The notes under the pieces are model-generated. The model saw only the letters and a list, made by a program, of their open reading frames with translations. It searched no databases and was not told the origin of the DNA. The translations under genes were made by a program, and so were the position numbers. Source: Nitrososphaerales archaeon (GTDB lineage: Archaea; Thermoproteota; Nitrososphaeria; Nitrososphaerales; UBA213). Taken from it: 64,000 nucleotides of DNA. Below are positions 1 to 11,445 of this stretch, one piece after another. Position 1 is the first letter of the stretch; every line of letters starts with the position of its first letter. The stretch is taken from assembly GCA_965197925.1 (NCBI GenBank), contig CBDAOC010000020.1:128001-192000 (forward strand), written 5' to 3'.

Positions 1-419
1 ATTTTCCTGCATAGAGATAATTTACTGAATAAATATAACTACATTGGAATCACATCTATGTGACTAAATGATGAATATCTTTTATTCAATAAACCTGCCT
101 TGACAAATCGCGGTATTAATAAAGTGCCCTATTGACTTCTCACATAGATTCACCTTCCATTTTAGCTTAAATTGTGATGTCTCATTCCCACTAACCATTT
201 CAGAAGCTAGTATATGAGGTATCTGCTGTGATCAAAATTGATGTAGCTAAGATCAGAAAGATATTGGTCACGTGGACCCTATTCCATTGATCTTAAATAA
301 TATGTGGATTTCCATCGATCTTAGGATGCTTCAATTACTGAATTAAATACGACTACAGAAAAAATATTTTACTATTTTTTGTAAGGCTTACTAATTAGCC
401 CTCAAAAAATGGGTGTTAA

Positions 420-1307
420 TTAGGGGCGTCCTACTATTCCTGAAGTTTGCTGTTTTATAGGAAGCTGAACATCCCTAGTCCCTCCGGATAGAATTCTACC
501 ATCTTCCATCATGAAATTAAGAAACGCAAATCCTGTTGTCTTGCCAGTTGGTGATTCCTTAATCTTATCCATAGCCACAGTAAAAACATATGATGCCTTT
601 CCTCCTAACGGAACGCCAAGATATAAAATGTCTTCATCTATACCAATGAAATCCGACTTTTCGACTTTGAACATTGATTCATAAAGAATAACACCTATGG
701 AATCGGTAATTTGAAATTCTGCAGTTCCACTTGCAGGAAGAGTGTCTATCTGGTCGTTACCAAGTGCAAATCCAACCTCATAATAACTTTCTCCAGCATG
801 CACAATTAGTCCCTTCATCTTTGTAACTGTGGTATCAAATCCTTGCCATATGATATAAGGTTCAGACCATTTCTCCTCACAATCAGGACAATACAATCGC
901 ATCTCCAGGGGTATTATCTTCCAATCAAACGGAAAATATTCAGTGAATAGGTCGAACTCCTTGGAACTTGATAGCACTTCAAATCCATGATTGCCGTACT
1001 CTCCCACTTTCACCCACTGCTCGGGATCTGCAACCTGATCCCACACATTGCGCTGGGGGGAGAGTAAGAGGTAAAAAGGCCTTGGAGCCCCTTCCTCAGG
1101 ATACAATAATCTAATATGCATGATGTATCCACCCGTACCCTCGAAATTATTTGTAAAATTCTTATACTGAATTATTCTTGCAAAGTCAACCTTGATCGGA
1201 AATTTGGATATTGGTTTGTCTTTTGCTTCAGGAATTGATGTTAATGCTAACACAATGGCTATAACTACGGCAATTGCTACTACACTAAAAATTGAAACTT
1301 TATTCAT
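420..1307 (-). CDS. Hypothetical protein with N-terminal membrane anchor/signal (295 aa)
   Basis: Long ORF; hydrophobic N-terminus (VSIFSVVAIAVVIAIVLAL); one CPDC motif; no family recognised. Confidence 0.7.
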   Translation of the reverse strand: MNKVSIFSVVAIAVVIAIVLALTSIPEAKDKPISKFPIKVDFARIIQYKNFTNNFEGTGGYIMHIRLLYPEEGAPRPFYLLLSPQRNVWDQVADPEQWVKVGEYGNHGFEVLSSSKEFDLFTEYFPFDWKIIPLEMRLYCPDCEEKWSEPYIIWQGFDTTVTKMKGLIVHAGESYYEVGFALGNDQIDTLPASGTAEFQITDSIGVILYESMFKVEKSDFIGIDEDILYLGVPLGGKASYVFTVAMDKIKESPTGKTTGFAFLNFMMEDGRILSGGTRDVQLPIKQQTSGIVGRP

Positions 1308-2421
1308 ATAATTGTTGTAATTTTCAAATCAAATTTAAGTGTAATCACTATTAGAAAGTAATGCGACAGAAAAGAAGGAATATACTTTGGTTAGTCGTAA
1401 ATTAACAATTCGCAATATGGGATCCTGATAATCAATTGGGACTGAAAATTTAAATTGCAACGATTCTTGACTCTATATACACACTGATTGGATTAGTAAT
1501 GAAAGATCTTTACACGTAATACAACTGAATGTGATAAGAATTCATAGTGTATATTCAAGCATTATTAGATTATTTTAATAGATAGAGGAGGGAGCCACCA
1601 AAATAATAATTCCTTTTACACTTATCCGGATGTATAAGAACCATGCCAAATGACATCTCAAATTTAGCTTTTATCCTTGAATTACTTGTAAAAAAAAATA
1701 AAGTGTAAACATCTTTTTATCCTTCCTATTGGACAATTAAATTGCTTTGACTAGTACAATTTTCAGAAGACCACTCGACAAACTTGTTGGAGAGATTGTA
1801 ACACCCTTTAGTACAAAAACAAGTTAGCCAAAGTATGTGAGAAATTTACAAAGTTTGTTTATGTTTTCCACGGCAACAAGCATTATTTCCCTTGAATCCA
1901 ATGCTATTACCTAGATGCTTTCATGTGTACTGTGCTAACTTTTTGAAGTTTAGGAGTCTTGTCCCAAGCCTTGATGTTCTTGGCATGGGAATGTGTTAAT
2001 GTTTTTTAATTGAATTTCACTGATAAATGTTCACATGCATTACTTATATTTCATCAGGATTGTATCATTGAAAGGTGTCTTCCTCAGAATTTTCTCCCAT
2101 ATGAATAAACTAAATTAAGACTGGATTTTTTAGAATCGGTTCTATCAATTACTTAGTATGATTGTGAACTTTTCGGAGAGAAGCGTTTAATTTCTATTCA
2201 ACCTAAGCAGATTAAACTTTCTTAATCTAGTTTAGGAGAATATGGTATTTCAGTTTGTTTGTAATATAAATATCTTCACGGTATCTGTTTTGGAATGATC
2301 CATTCCAAATTGCAAGATATACAAACGCTAATCTAAAATAAGTAAACCTACTATTTACACCTCTTATAAAAACAGTTTACTGTTATTTTTTTTTAAATGT
2401 ATATCAAGTAATTTTACCAAA

Positions 2422-3018
2422 TTATTTCTCTGACTTTACCAAATTTGCTTCAAGCAACTGGTTAAGTAGTTCAACTACTTCCTTCTCAACATCGGAACGC
2501 TGCAAGTTCAGTTTTACTGCAAATGTATCAACCAGCTGTGTTACTGTTTTCGTCCCATCACACATTTTCCAAAATTCAATCAATTGATCGTTTACCATAA
2601 ATCCTTGATTTTGTTCGTTTAGAAGTGCGAGTGAACCGTCTTGTTGCTGCACTGTCTTTCCCTGCTTAGTTGGTTTTGACTTTTCTAGGTCTATTGAGAA
2701 CCTTAAGCTCTTCTTTCCGTATATCTTCTCCTTGGCCTCTGGAGACATTCGATCTTGACTCCATGGCGGATCCCATACAATTTCTACGTTGATGTTACCA
2801 ATTTCATCAACTTTACCCAAATACCTCTTTACATCGCTTACCAGGGTATCGTGTAATGGACAACCACGTGTAGTCATCGTCATTTTAATATTAACATCAT
2901 TATTGTCCTTAATATCTACACCATAAATCAGACCAAGATCAACCACACTCAATGGAACCTCCGGATCCATACAATGCTTTAGTGCCTCCATGACTATTTG
3001 TTCATTGACTTGGATCAT
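2422..3018 (-). CDS. DUF59/MIP18 (SufT-like) Fe-S assembly domain fused to a C-terminal PqqD-like domain
   Basis: DPE...DLGLIY, MTMTTRGCP and VWDPPW are DUF59 motifs; C-terminal FWKMCDGTKTVTQLVD...LLNQLLEANLV is PqqD-like. Confidence 0.8.
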   Translation of the reverse strand: MIQVNEQIVMEALKHCMDPEVPLSVVDLGLIYGVDIKDNNDVNIKMTMTTRGCPLHDTLVSDVKRYLGKVDEIGNINVEIVWDPPWSQDRMSPEAKEKIYGKKSLRFSIDLEKSKPTKQGKTVQQQDGSLALLNEQNQGFMVNDQLIEFWKMCDGTKTVTQLVDTFAVKLNLQRSDVEKEVVELLNQLLEANLVKSEK

Positions 3019-3144
3019 CTTACTACGTAAATAGAAACGAACTGATGTGATAAATATCTTTGTGCTTTCTTAGGTTCAATATTATTTATTCTTGAATGCA
3101 AAATTCATGCTATCCTTCAGGTAGGTAGGGTAAAATTGAGGGGT

Positions 3145-3261
3145 TTAAGCACAACCGCTAGCAAACAAGCATTGTCCAGCTAATAAAGTATAGAGCACGA
3201 ACGCTAGCACTATTCCATATATGCCGATATAAAGAAATTTACGGCTAACCAACTTTAGCAT
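3145..3261 (-). CDS. Small single-pass membrane protein, 38 aa (MLKLVSRKFLYIGIYGIVLAFVLYTLLAGQCLFASGCA)
   Basis: Hand translation, ATG to TAA; basic N-terminus plus about 20 hydrophobic residues; TTTAATAA about 30 nt upstream. Confidence 0.55.
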   Translation of the reverse strand: MLKLVSRKFLYIGIYGIVLAFVLYTLLAGQCLFASGCA

Positions 3262-3331
3262 ATCTCTACGCGTTTTTTACAATTTCTACTTATTAAACAT
3301 GATGAATGTATCAAAGGTAGGAGAATAAAAT

Positions 3332-4369
3332 CTACTCGAGGAGAGTCTTTATAGACATATCATATGGAGATGTCAAAACTCCTTTTTCGGTAATTATACC
3401 ACTAATCAATCCTGGTGGTGTCAAATCAAAAGCTGGATTGAACACCCTAACTCCACTTGGCACAATTCTTTTGCCTCCAATATTAATAACCTCATCAAAC
3501 GGTCTTTCCTCTATAGTAACGTTATCTGGATCGCTATTGAAATCAAAACTGGATATCGGCGCTGCCACATAGAATGGTATATTGTGATTGTATGCCATTA
3601 ATGCTACTTGGTAGGTGCCTATTTTGTTGAAAACATGTCCAGTTCTCAGCACACGATCTGCACCAACTATAACTTTCTTTATCATACCTCTAGACATTAG
3701 TGACCCTATTGCGGTATCAGGAGCGACGCTAACATCTATACCAACATGTTTGAGTTCAAATGCAGTAAGTCTTGAACCCTGTAAGACAGGTCTTGTTTCA
3801 GTTGCAATGACATTGATATGCTTTCCCTGCTCCTTTGCCGCACGCAGTACACCAAGTGCTGTTCCATATGCCACAGTTGCAAGTGCACCAGCATTACAGT
3901 GAGTTAATACAGCATCACCATCTTCTATCAATACCGCGCCAAAAGCACCTATCTGCTTGTTTGCATTAACATCCTCTTCTGCCATTTTTAGTGCTTCTTT
4001 TAGTACAAAATCTTTGATTGCTTTTACAGAAGATTGGGATCGTGCCTTCTCCATTACACGCTCCAAAGCCCAGAAAAGATTTACAGCAGTCGGTCGAGTG
4101 CTTCTAAAAACCTTACACACACTATCAAGTTCATGCATAAGTTGATTAGGTGTTTTTGCCTTGCTTTTTTTTGCTGCAAGTGCAATGCCCATAGCTGCTG
4201 CAACGCCTATGGCAGGAGCACCCCTAATTACCAAATTCTTGATACAGTCAGAAATTTTTTCATATGTTGTGCATTTAACAAACTCTAATTTAATTGGTAG
4301 TTTTGTCTGGTCAATCATGACAACTGAATTATCTTTCCACGTAATTGTCAGAAGCTCGTCGGAACGCAT
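3332..4369 (-). CDS. mtnA: S-methyl-5-thioribose-1-phosphate isomerase (eIF2B-like)
   Basis: IRGAPAIG, RPTAVNL, LTHCNAGALAT, ETRP, NKIGTY and NPAFDLTP motifs. Confidence 0.9.
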   Translation of the reverse strand: MRSDELLTITWKDNSVVMIDQTKLPIKLEFVKCTTYEKISDCIKNLVIRGAPAIGVAAAMGIALAAKKSKAKTPNQLMHELDSVCKVFRSTRPTAVNLFWALERVMEKARSQSSVKAIKDFVLKEALKMAEEDVNANKQIGAFGAVLIEDGDAVLTHCNAGALATVAYGTALGVLRAAKEQGKHINVIATETRPVLQGSRLTAFELKHVGIDVSVAPDTAIGSLMSRGMIKKVIVGADRVLRTGHVFNKIGTYQVALMAYNHNIPFYVAAPISSFDFNSDPDNVTIEERPFDEVINIGGKRIVPSGVRVFNPAFDLTPPGLISGIITEKGVLTSPYDMSIKTLLE

Positions 4370-4399
4370 TCTGAGAGGCAGTGACGTATGTACATATAA

Positions 4400-5440
4400 T
4401 TAGTTTACTCGTTCCAACACTTCTATGATCTTCTTCTTTGGATCCTCCATCTGAGCAAGTAATTTTCTAGCCTTTTTAGCAACTGATATGTGGACGTTTG
4501 TATTACTAAGCATCTTTCTTGCAAGCTTTATAGTATCATTAATATCGTAAGATCCAAAGCTTACACCTTTTCCTATGAGAAATTTATTTACTGCAATATC
4601 TTGCATACTGTAAGAAATATTCGGCACCCCAAGTAATGAAGCTTCGCAGTTCATGGTCCCTCCTGAACCTATGAAGACGTCAGTTTCCATTAAGAGCGAT
4701 CTACCATCAGTAACACTGTCAAGTATTATAGCATGTTTATTATACTCTTCCAACTTCTTGATCTGATCATAATATCTACTTAATACAACTATATTGCAAT
4801 TCTTGAAGTTCTTTATTAATGAAGAGAGCAGTTTGTATGATATGGTATTGGTACTTACATATGCTGCTTTTGACTCCTCTAACCTGAGTGTAATAGTTTT
4901 CTTCTCGGGAACAAGTTCTATACCAAGATGAGTTTTTTTGAAGGGATGATTTAGCCACATTAGAGGGTCCAGGGCTTTGTAACTAATGATGGAATTTATA
5001 TCTATACCATATCTTGTAAATTCTTTCTTCCGAATTATCCACGGACACATTAGTTTGCTCATTAACGGTATTGAGAGTCTACATACAGCCTCTGCGTGCG
5101 GAGAGTCATTAAATCCTACATGTCTTGTCTTTAGACCGAAAGCGACTCTAGCAGCTTCTGGAGACGAGAAACTTGTTAGGGTATCCGGATTGAATTTTTC
5201 TATGAAATCAACAAGTTTGCCGGCCCTATTAGCACTTGCCACCACTTTACCTCTAAGAGAATTACCTCCATGCTCCCCGACTAATGTAATATTTAAACCT
5301 CTGAGTTTAGCTAGTTGTATGACTTCTCTATACCTTCTTGAAGTGCATAAGATCCTATGGTTTCTTTTATGAAGTTCATCTATAATGGGCTTGAAGAAGT
5401 TAACCTGCTTGGGTGTAAGCACGTCAATCCAGAATTTCAA
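4400..5440 (-). CDS. DUF354 family protein (GT-B-like)
   Basis: WIDVLTPKQVNFF N-terminus; GSGGTMNCEASLLGVP. Confidence 0.8.
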   Translation of the reverse strand: MKFWIDVLTPKQVNFFKPIIDELHKRNHRILCTSRRYREVIQLAKLRGLNITLVGEHGGNSLRGKVVASANRAGKLVDFIEKFNPDTLTSFSSPEAARVAFGLKTRHVGFNDSPHAEAVCRLSIPLMSKLMCPWIIRKKEFTRYGIDINSIISYKALDPLMWLNHPFKKTHLGIELVPEKKTITLRLEESKAAYVSTNTISYKLLSSLIKNFKNCNIVVLSRYYDQIKKLEEYNKHAIILDSVTDGRSLLMETDVFIGSGGTMNCEASLLGVPNISYSMQDIAVNKFLIGKGVSFGSYDINDTIKLARKMLSNTNVHISVAKKARKLLAQMEDPKKKIIEVLERVN

Positions 5441-5637
5441 ACCAATCCTTTCCCTCTAATAGTAACCAAAGTAAGTGTAGATATTTTTTCCCATGGTATG
5501 GATGGTTTTCTGGCATAGAATATTAATCATGATAAAGATTCACAAAATGGGTCGTACAAACAGAGAAAATATGGCTACTTCCGATGCCTTTTAGATCATT
5601 CCGACTTGTATGTGCATGAAGCTCAAAGCAATGAGCG

Positions 5638-6993
5638 CTAGCATCCTACAACTCTCCCTATGCCAGAAAACATTATGTTGTTATATTTGTAAGGGTCAAG
5701 AATTCCCCTGCCATCATATATTGCTATCACGTCTCCTAACTTCTTAGGATTTATCTTCGCGTACTGAGGATGATCCGTAGCCAATATTATTAAATCAGCA
5801 TCGCTTAATGCTACTTCCAATTTGTTTGTAAAAACTACAGACTCTGGGAGTGATTGATCATCTTCAGCGTATGGGTCGTGTACCGTAACTTTGCAGCCAG
5901 TGTTTAACAGTTCCTGGACAACTTCATATGAAGGCGAAAGCCGTGTATCTGATACACCTCCTCTAAAAGCAAGTCCCAGAACCAAAACTCTACTATCGGT
6001 AGTTGATTTTCCGCATTTTCTGAGAAGTGATAATGCTTCCTGAACACAATACTTGGGCATTATAGAATTGACTTGTCTTGCCAAGCCTGTAATGTCGGTA
6101 CCCGCCTTTAGTTTAGCTGCTACCTCCATTACAAAATATGGATATACAGGTATACAAGCACCTCCTACGCCTATTCCAGGCTTGTGTAAATGAGAATAAG
6201 GCTGAGAATTCGCTGCTTTTCTAATTTCCCAATAGTCTACACCCAATTTTTCACAAACTTTTGCAAACTCATTTGCCAGCGCTATATTAACATCTCTGTA
6301 AATACCTTCAAACAATTTTTCTGTCTCCGCGGCCCGTATACTACTTAACTTGATTACGCTTTTCTTAGAAATTAAAGAGTAAAGTGCGCTACCTGCAGCC
6401 AGACTTTTAGAACCCATACCAGCTACTATTGCTGCATAATTTTGTTCTATATCTTGAATTGCCTGACCTTCTGATATTCTTTCTGGACTATATACTAAAC
6501 CAAATTGCTTTTCAACCATTAAACCACTTTCTTTTTCGAGGATCGGTAAAACGCAATCTTTTGTGGTACCAGGAGGTACGGTAGGATTTACAGATACAAC
6601 ATCACCTTTCTTGAGTCCCTTGGCTATGTGCATCGCAGCGTCATAAATCCTGGAAATGTCTGCTAAGCCATTATGCAATCCAACCGGCACTGCAATAATT
6701 TTGAAATCAGACATTCTGGAAGCATGGATTCCATCCATAGTAGCAATAAAACGCCCTTTTCTTATTCCGGCTCCAAATGCTTGGGAGACACCTGGTTCAT
6801 TCACAGATGAAATACCCTTTGATACCATTTTAATCACATCTTCGGATATGTCCACACCGATTGACCTGGCACCGGCTCTGAGCCATACCGCACTCAGAGC
6901 TGAACCCACATGACCAAGACCATACACAGCAACAGTAAGTTTGTGTTTTTTTAAAGACGTAGCTAATATTCTAGGATTTTGTAATATATTCAT
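5638..6993 (-). CDS. Nucleotide-sugar 6-dehydrogenase (UDP-ManNAc/GlcNAc dehydrogenase, WecC/WbpA family)
   Basis: GLGHVG Rossmann motif, YSPER, AETEKLFEGIYRDVNIALANE, PGIGVGGAC. Confidence 0.9.
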   Translation of the reverse strand: MNILQNPRILATSLKKHKLTVAVYGLGHVGSALSAVWLRAGARSIGVDISEDVIKMVSKGISSVNEPGVSQAFGAGIRKGRFIATMDGIHASRMSDFKIIAVPVGLHNGLADISRIYDAAMHIAKGLKKGDVVSVNPTVPPGTTKDCVLPILEKESGLMVEKQFGLVYSPERISEGQAIQDIEQNYAAIVAGMGSKSLAAGSALYSLISKKSVIKLSSIRAAETEKLFEGIYRDVNIALANEFAKVCEKLGVDYWEIRKAANSQPYSHLHKPGIGVGGACIPVYPYFVMEVAAKLKAGTDITGLARQVNSIMPKYCVQEALSLLRKCGKSTTDSRVLVLGLAFRGGVSDTRLSPSYEVVQELLNTGCKVTVHDPYAEDDQSLPESVVFTNKLEVALSDADLIILATDHPQYAKINPKKLGDVIAIYDGRGILDPYKYNNIMFSGIGRVVGC

Positions 6994-7036
6994 TTTTATC
7001 TACACTTCGAAAACGCGATATAAAGCCATTACTTCA

Positions 7037-7602
7037 AGGCAAGCCAGGTACCAAGCGTCACATGCTTGTTGATGGAAGAGGGGTGCCTCTCCCATTAGTT
7101 ACTGAAGCAAGTAAACACGGCATGAAATCGGTCCCTTTCCACACTAGAGCGTTGTTGTTGATGGACCTAAAGTTAAACAGAATATATGTTGTATAGGGGA
7201 CATGATTTCCCTGGGATAGAGTACGGATAAGGAGGAAGGAGAAAGGGATATGTGGATCACATTCGCCATAACGGTGAAGTGCTGAAAAAGTTGTACGAAG
7301 CAAAGAGGTGGGTTGTTGAGAGGACAGCATCTTGGCATAACAGGTTCAGAAAGTTATTGGCAAGATTCGAGGGAGAGGAAAATTATCAGGCATCAGTAGA
7401 ATTGGCTAACTGTCTAATAGTGTATCGAGCTATATATTGGTAGTGTCATAAACATGTTAATGCAACTTCTAATATCCACCATCTACGATACTAAATCAAT
7501 AGCAAGAAAACTAAACCTAACGGTATGAACTAATATTCTTGCATTCTAAACGTTATCATTTCTACTAAACACAACCACCAGATAGAATTTTGGGACAAGC
7601 TC
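7037..7602 (+). mobile_element. IS5-family remnant (3' part of transposase plus right end), related to the element at 17125-18160
   Basis: KRWVVERTASWHNRFRKLL motif; clear inverted similarity to about 17125-17695; terminal aattttgggacaagctc followed by TAA. Confidence 0.8.
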
Positions 7603-7992
7603 TAAGTTATTCATGCAAGGATTTCATGTCGTAATTAACAATAATGATATCTTTAGTGGGAAACTTTCCGCGTCAAATGTGACCAGGATAGTATTCATTT
7701 GTGATGACATCTCCAGTTGATTTCAACAGGTGAATCATAAATATCATTGATACCATTAATACTGACGAATCAGAGAACAGATCTACAGTAAACTTCACTC
7801 CACAATCACTTACCTTGTTGTATAACGAACCAATTGATCTAGATTGTTCTACCAATCAAGCTTTAGTTCATCATTTTCTGTCATTTCATGAATTGGAGAA
7901 CATGCAAATCATTCACTAGTAAGAAAAGGTGGGATTTGAACATTGGTTTTTAACTCCATGAATTTGCAAATTCGCTCTTGCTAAAGTTGTCC

Positions 7993-8301
7993 TTATTTCT
8001 CACAACCAATCCCATCCTTATCGCGGTCAAAGCCATGTGGATCAGGGGGCAAGACTCTGAAGTTACGGTGAGTAATTTCACCACAATCCAGGTCTGGGGG
8101 CGAAGGGGGTATGCATACATCTGGATAAGAAGGATCACATCTCCTTTCTTCAGGTGCAGGAGAAGGTTGCGCTCTCTCTTCCTGATGTTCGGTCGCGGCT
8201 TCATCGGGTTGCTACGTTTGAGCTTCATCGGGTTGCTGCGTTTGATTCCAGATCACGGCACTAACTATAATTATACCTAGGATACCCCACGCAATTTTCA
8301 T
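7993..8301 (-). pseudogene. Signal-anchored protein with C-terminal Cys-rich Excalibur-like domain, interrupted by an in-frame TAG
   Basis: Reading through TAG at 8212-8214 gives MKIAWGILGIIIVSAVIWNQTQQPDEAQT*QPDEAA...CDPSYPDVCIPPSPPDLDCGEITHRNFRVLPPDPHGFDRDKDGIGCEK. Confidence 0.75.
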
Positions 8302-8577
8302 GCCTTTTTTCAAACATATATCACCTACTCTTTTTTCCTCTGATTTCCTCGATCTATTCCAAATTAAAGAATGAGGTTTTACTTTCCCATCTACTATATA
8401 TATGATTCTGCATCTACAGCATCCATAATGCATTGGAGGGTTTTGAGATGGCCTAATATCGCCTGTTTACTAATTTTTTGGAATGATTATGCCAATTTAG
8501 CATGACACGATTTGAGTTATGATGAATTAGTAAAAAGAAAAAGAGGGGAAGTTATGGAGCCCAATCCGGGTCTTTCT

Positions 8578-8967
8578 TTATGCGTGGATGCTTATCTTAT
8601 GCTTCTCTTCCCTGTTAGCCAGGAATGATGTCATCCATCCTAGGACGGCACCAAAGATTGCATACTGTAGCAATGGCACAAGTAATTCCGTGTATGGCAT
8701 TAATACTGGCCTTGCTATTACAGCGAAAGATACCAATCCAGTAATTACACCCAACGATACTGCATCCTTGGTTCTTACCGGCTTGACACTATCATTGGAC
8801 ATCAGCACACCGTATACTGCACCTATGATTAGAGTGGTAGGCAATAGCACTTGAAGGTCCAGGGTGTCTGTACCAAGCATGGTGACTGCTAACACCAGTC
8901 CTGCAAGGAGTCCCGCAATCGCTCCATTTCGAATACCCTTCTTTATTTCGTGCTTGTTGTTTGACAT
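8578..8967 (-). CDS. Small multi-pass membrane protein (129 aa)
   Basis: About four Gly-rich hydrophobic segments. Confidence 0.7.
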   Translation of the reverse strand: MSNNKHEIKKGIRNGAIAGLLAGLVLAVTMLGTDTLDLQVLLPTTLIIGAVYGVLMSNDSVKPVRTKDAVSLGVITGLVSFAVIARPVLMPYTELLVPLLQYAIFGAVLGWMTSFLANREEKHKISIHA

Positions 8968-9869
8968 GTTTGTCTATAGTCATATATGCAATGCAGCATC
9001 CTTAAGCTTGGATAGTATAATGTTGATCTGGAAGTTGTCATATTATACACCATTGAAGGACAATGCGCGTGTCAACATTTGTTGCAAGGATGCGATGGTT
9101 TTGTTCTTCCAATCTCGTATGATGTCGCATCTCGTCATCAGGGATAATGAGAGGAATTGAAACCTTGATCTGGTGTATTTAAGGATGAGTTAATTCCGAG
9201 TTTGGGTTAGTACATTTGACCAACCCATATTTTTCATATATTATGCAGTTAACAAGAGGGTTCATCACCAAATCATGTAATTTTAGTATCCAAATCCGCC
9301 ACAGATTCTGGAATGCTAGAGGATAAATATCTGATTAGTGAGAATGTTCACTTATAATTATTCTCATACCAAGGAATAATCTTAGCTAGATTCAATCTCA
9401 TCCATGAAATCATCTCATGAACATAATCAAATCATGAAGGCTTGGCGCAAAATAGCCGTAGGATTTAGATTTCTTGATGAAGCATGCCGACAATGTAATC
9501 CCACAAACCATGCCATGTTGCAAGTATACAGGCTACCGATGGATAATCGAGTCAAGCAAGCCGCTGCTCATTGAGGCATAAAAATCCATTGTTGCAGTTG
9601 GATGGGATATTGAAGTTTGTAAGAGGATAAAAACAGGGCGTTATCATTAACCCCAATTGATTCCATGAAATGTTCATCGCGGGAATAACTGTCGTGTGAT
9701 AGGTCGTCTCAAAACCCTTTAACGGTTAATGAAATTTCTGCGATCGATATATTTGCCAGTACAGGGTTCCGCAGATCAACTATTCGTTATGAAGGATCAT
9801 GGGAAACGTATATGGGATTTCCGCATCTAGCAGCATCCATAATGCATTGAAGAGTTTTGAGATGACTTC

Positions 9870-10071
9870 AATGTCTGCAATGATGTATATACCAACAGCG
9901 ATAGGGACAAGACATTGGTATAACAAGAGCCAATTGAGAACCGAAACAAGATCATTGCAGAACAAAATTCCTGCATTCAGATGATAATCAAGGAATTGAA
10001 GAATATCTCCTGAAGAAGATAAGGAATTGAATAAGAAACTAGAATTATTGGAAAGGACCTATACGGAATGA
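9870..10071 (+). pseudogene. Decayed paralogue of the 13190-13591 membrane/coiled-coil gene
   Basis: YIPTAIGTRHWYNKSQLRTE matches YVPTAIGIGHWHNKNQLRIE; after a frameshift EQNSCIQMIIKELKNIS*..KELNKKLELLE matches EQNPYVQMMLRELKGISKEVKELNRKLEVLE. Confidence 0.75.
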
Positions 10072-10106
10072 TAGACTACGTTAAGGATAGTGAATATATA
10101 CCAAGA

Positions 10107-11003
10107 TCAATTCTGTTCTAGTATCTTCCAGTCGTAGAGAGTCTTTAATAATACATCCACAGTACGTCGTGGAGAATATAGATCTCGAATCTTCCACGAG
10201 TCAATACTTACATTAGTTGCATGTAGGATTCCCTTTGCAATTGATCTTGGATTTGGCTCACAATTAACAACAAAATCCCTCATCTGAGGATAATCAAAGT
10301 ATTCGTCATTAACATAACAGACAACTGGCGTTCCAACTGCCAGAGCTTCAATCGTAACTATACCATATATGCCAGTTGTAAACTGATCACAGAGGACATG
10401 AATCTGAGACAAATAATCTGGCATTTTGTTGTGAGAAACACGTTCTGATAAGAGATCACAATTATATCCCATCGAATGTAGAACTGTTAATGCTTCATTT
10501 ACCAGATCTGTGCCTTTGATTTTAGCATTTGTGGGAAAATGTCCTACGATCAACGGTTCTCCTTCTCTCCATTTCTTCCTATTTCTTGGTGTGAATCGTT
10601 CAGTATCAATACACCGTGGAAGAAAGACCGCATCAGAGTTGCCTACATACCTATAAAGGTCCTTGGTTGTTATGAAACATCTCGACTCTAGCCCTATCAA
10701 TCCGTCTCTTAGATCACTTCCATTGTAGATGATAATACTATGCTTACTTTTTACATAACGTTCTGTTGAAAGACGTATTTCAAGGTCACATTCTTTCACA
10801 GTTCTTAACCATGCTTTCCTTAGAGTCCTTTCAAAAGGTATTTTGTGCACTTTGCCAATATTAATTTGAAATTCACTGTCACTCATCGTGGTTAGTGAAT
10901 CATAACTAGAATAGTTATCAACATAAAAACCACAATTCCTAAGTTCTTTCCCTATAAGGTAACCCAGTGATGCGATATTACCTACAATAGCTATACTTTT
11001 CAC
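10107..11003 (-). CDS. Glycosyltransferase (GT4-like)
   Basis: KIKGTD; DQFTTGIYGIVTIEALAVGTPVV. Confidence 0.8.
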   Translation of the reverse strand: MKSIAIVGNIASLGYLIGKELRNCGFYVDNYSSYDSLTTMSDSEFQINIGKVHKIPFERTLRKAWLRTVKECDLEIRLSTERYVKSKHSIIIYNGSDLRDGLIGLESRCFITTKDLYRYVGNSDAVFLPRCIDTERFTPRNRKKWREGEPLIVGHFPTNAKIKGTDLVNEALTVLHSMGYNCDLLSERVSHNKMPDYLSQIHVLCDQFTTGIYGIVTIEALAVGTPVVCYVNDEYFDYPQMRDFVVNCEPNPRSIAKGILHATNVSIDSWKIRDLYSPRRTVDVLLKTLYDWKILEQN

Positions 11004-11445
11004 GTAAACTCAAGATTACTTACCTTATTTCATGTATTAGTTTTATGTTTCACATTATTTGGCGAATTAGTCGTGAATTACCTTGGGAATCTTATATCTT
11101 GATAATACCTTTGGCTGATAACCAATTGATCTTTCAAAGTAAGGTAATCATTAGAACTTTTGTTAGATGTTTAATTTCCCAAATAATTGATGTTCAATAA
11201 TTAGACCATTGTTGAATAAATAAGGTACTTGCTAACCTGTTTCGATTGATCCATAGATTTCAGCAGATTCTCAAGACTGAATTAATATGATGATAACACG
11301 TAATTGTTATACCTCCAGGCGCAGATTGTTCTATTAACATCTCCTAGAGTCTTTTATATTGCCATGAGCTAGCTTCAATTGTTGTTTCTCAACACTTTAA
11401 CCATCTCCAATTAAAGTGATTATAAATATAACTCTACTATCTACG

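Noticed and set aside
1960..1992. Hairpin cccaagcc...ggcatggg resembling abutted ends of the 13678 IS
   Set aside because: Only 8-10 nt match per side and terminal bases differ; could be chance
1310..2420. 1.1-kb AT-rich gap
   Set aside because: No ORF, repeat or RNA structure that I could support
9130..9163. CRISPR-repeat-like ending (ATTGAAAC) and a minus-strand CUGAUGA hammerhead-like core
   Set aside because: Single occurrence, no array or cas genes; no GAAA after a stem II
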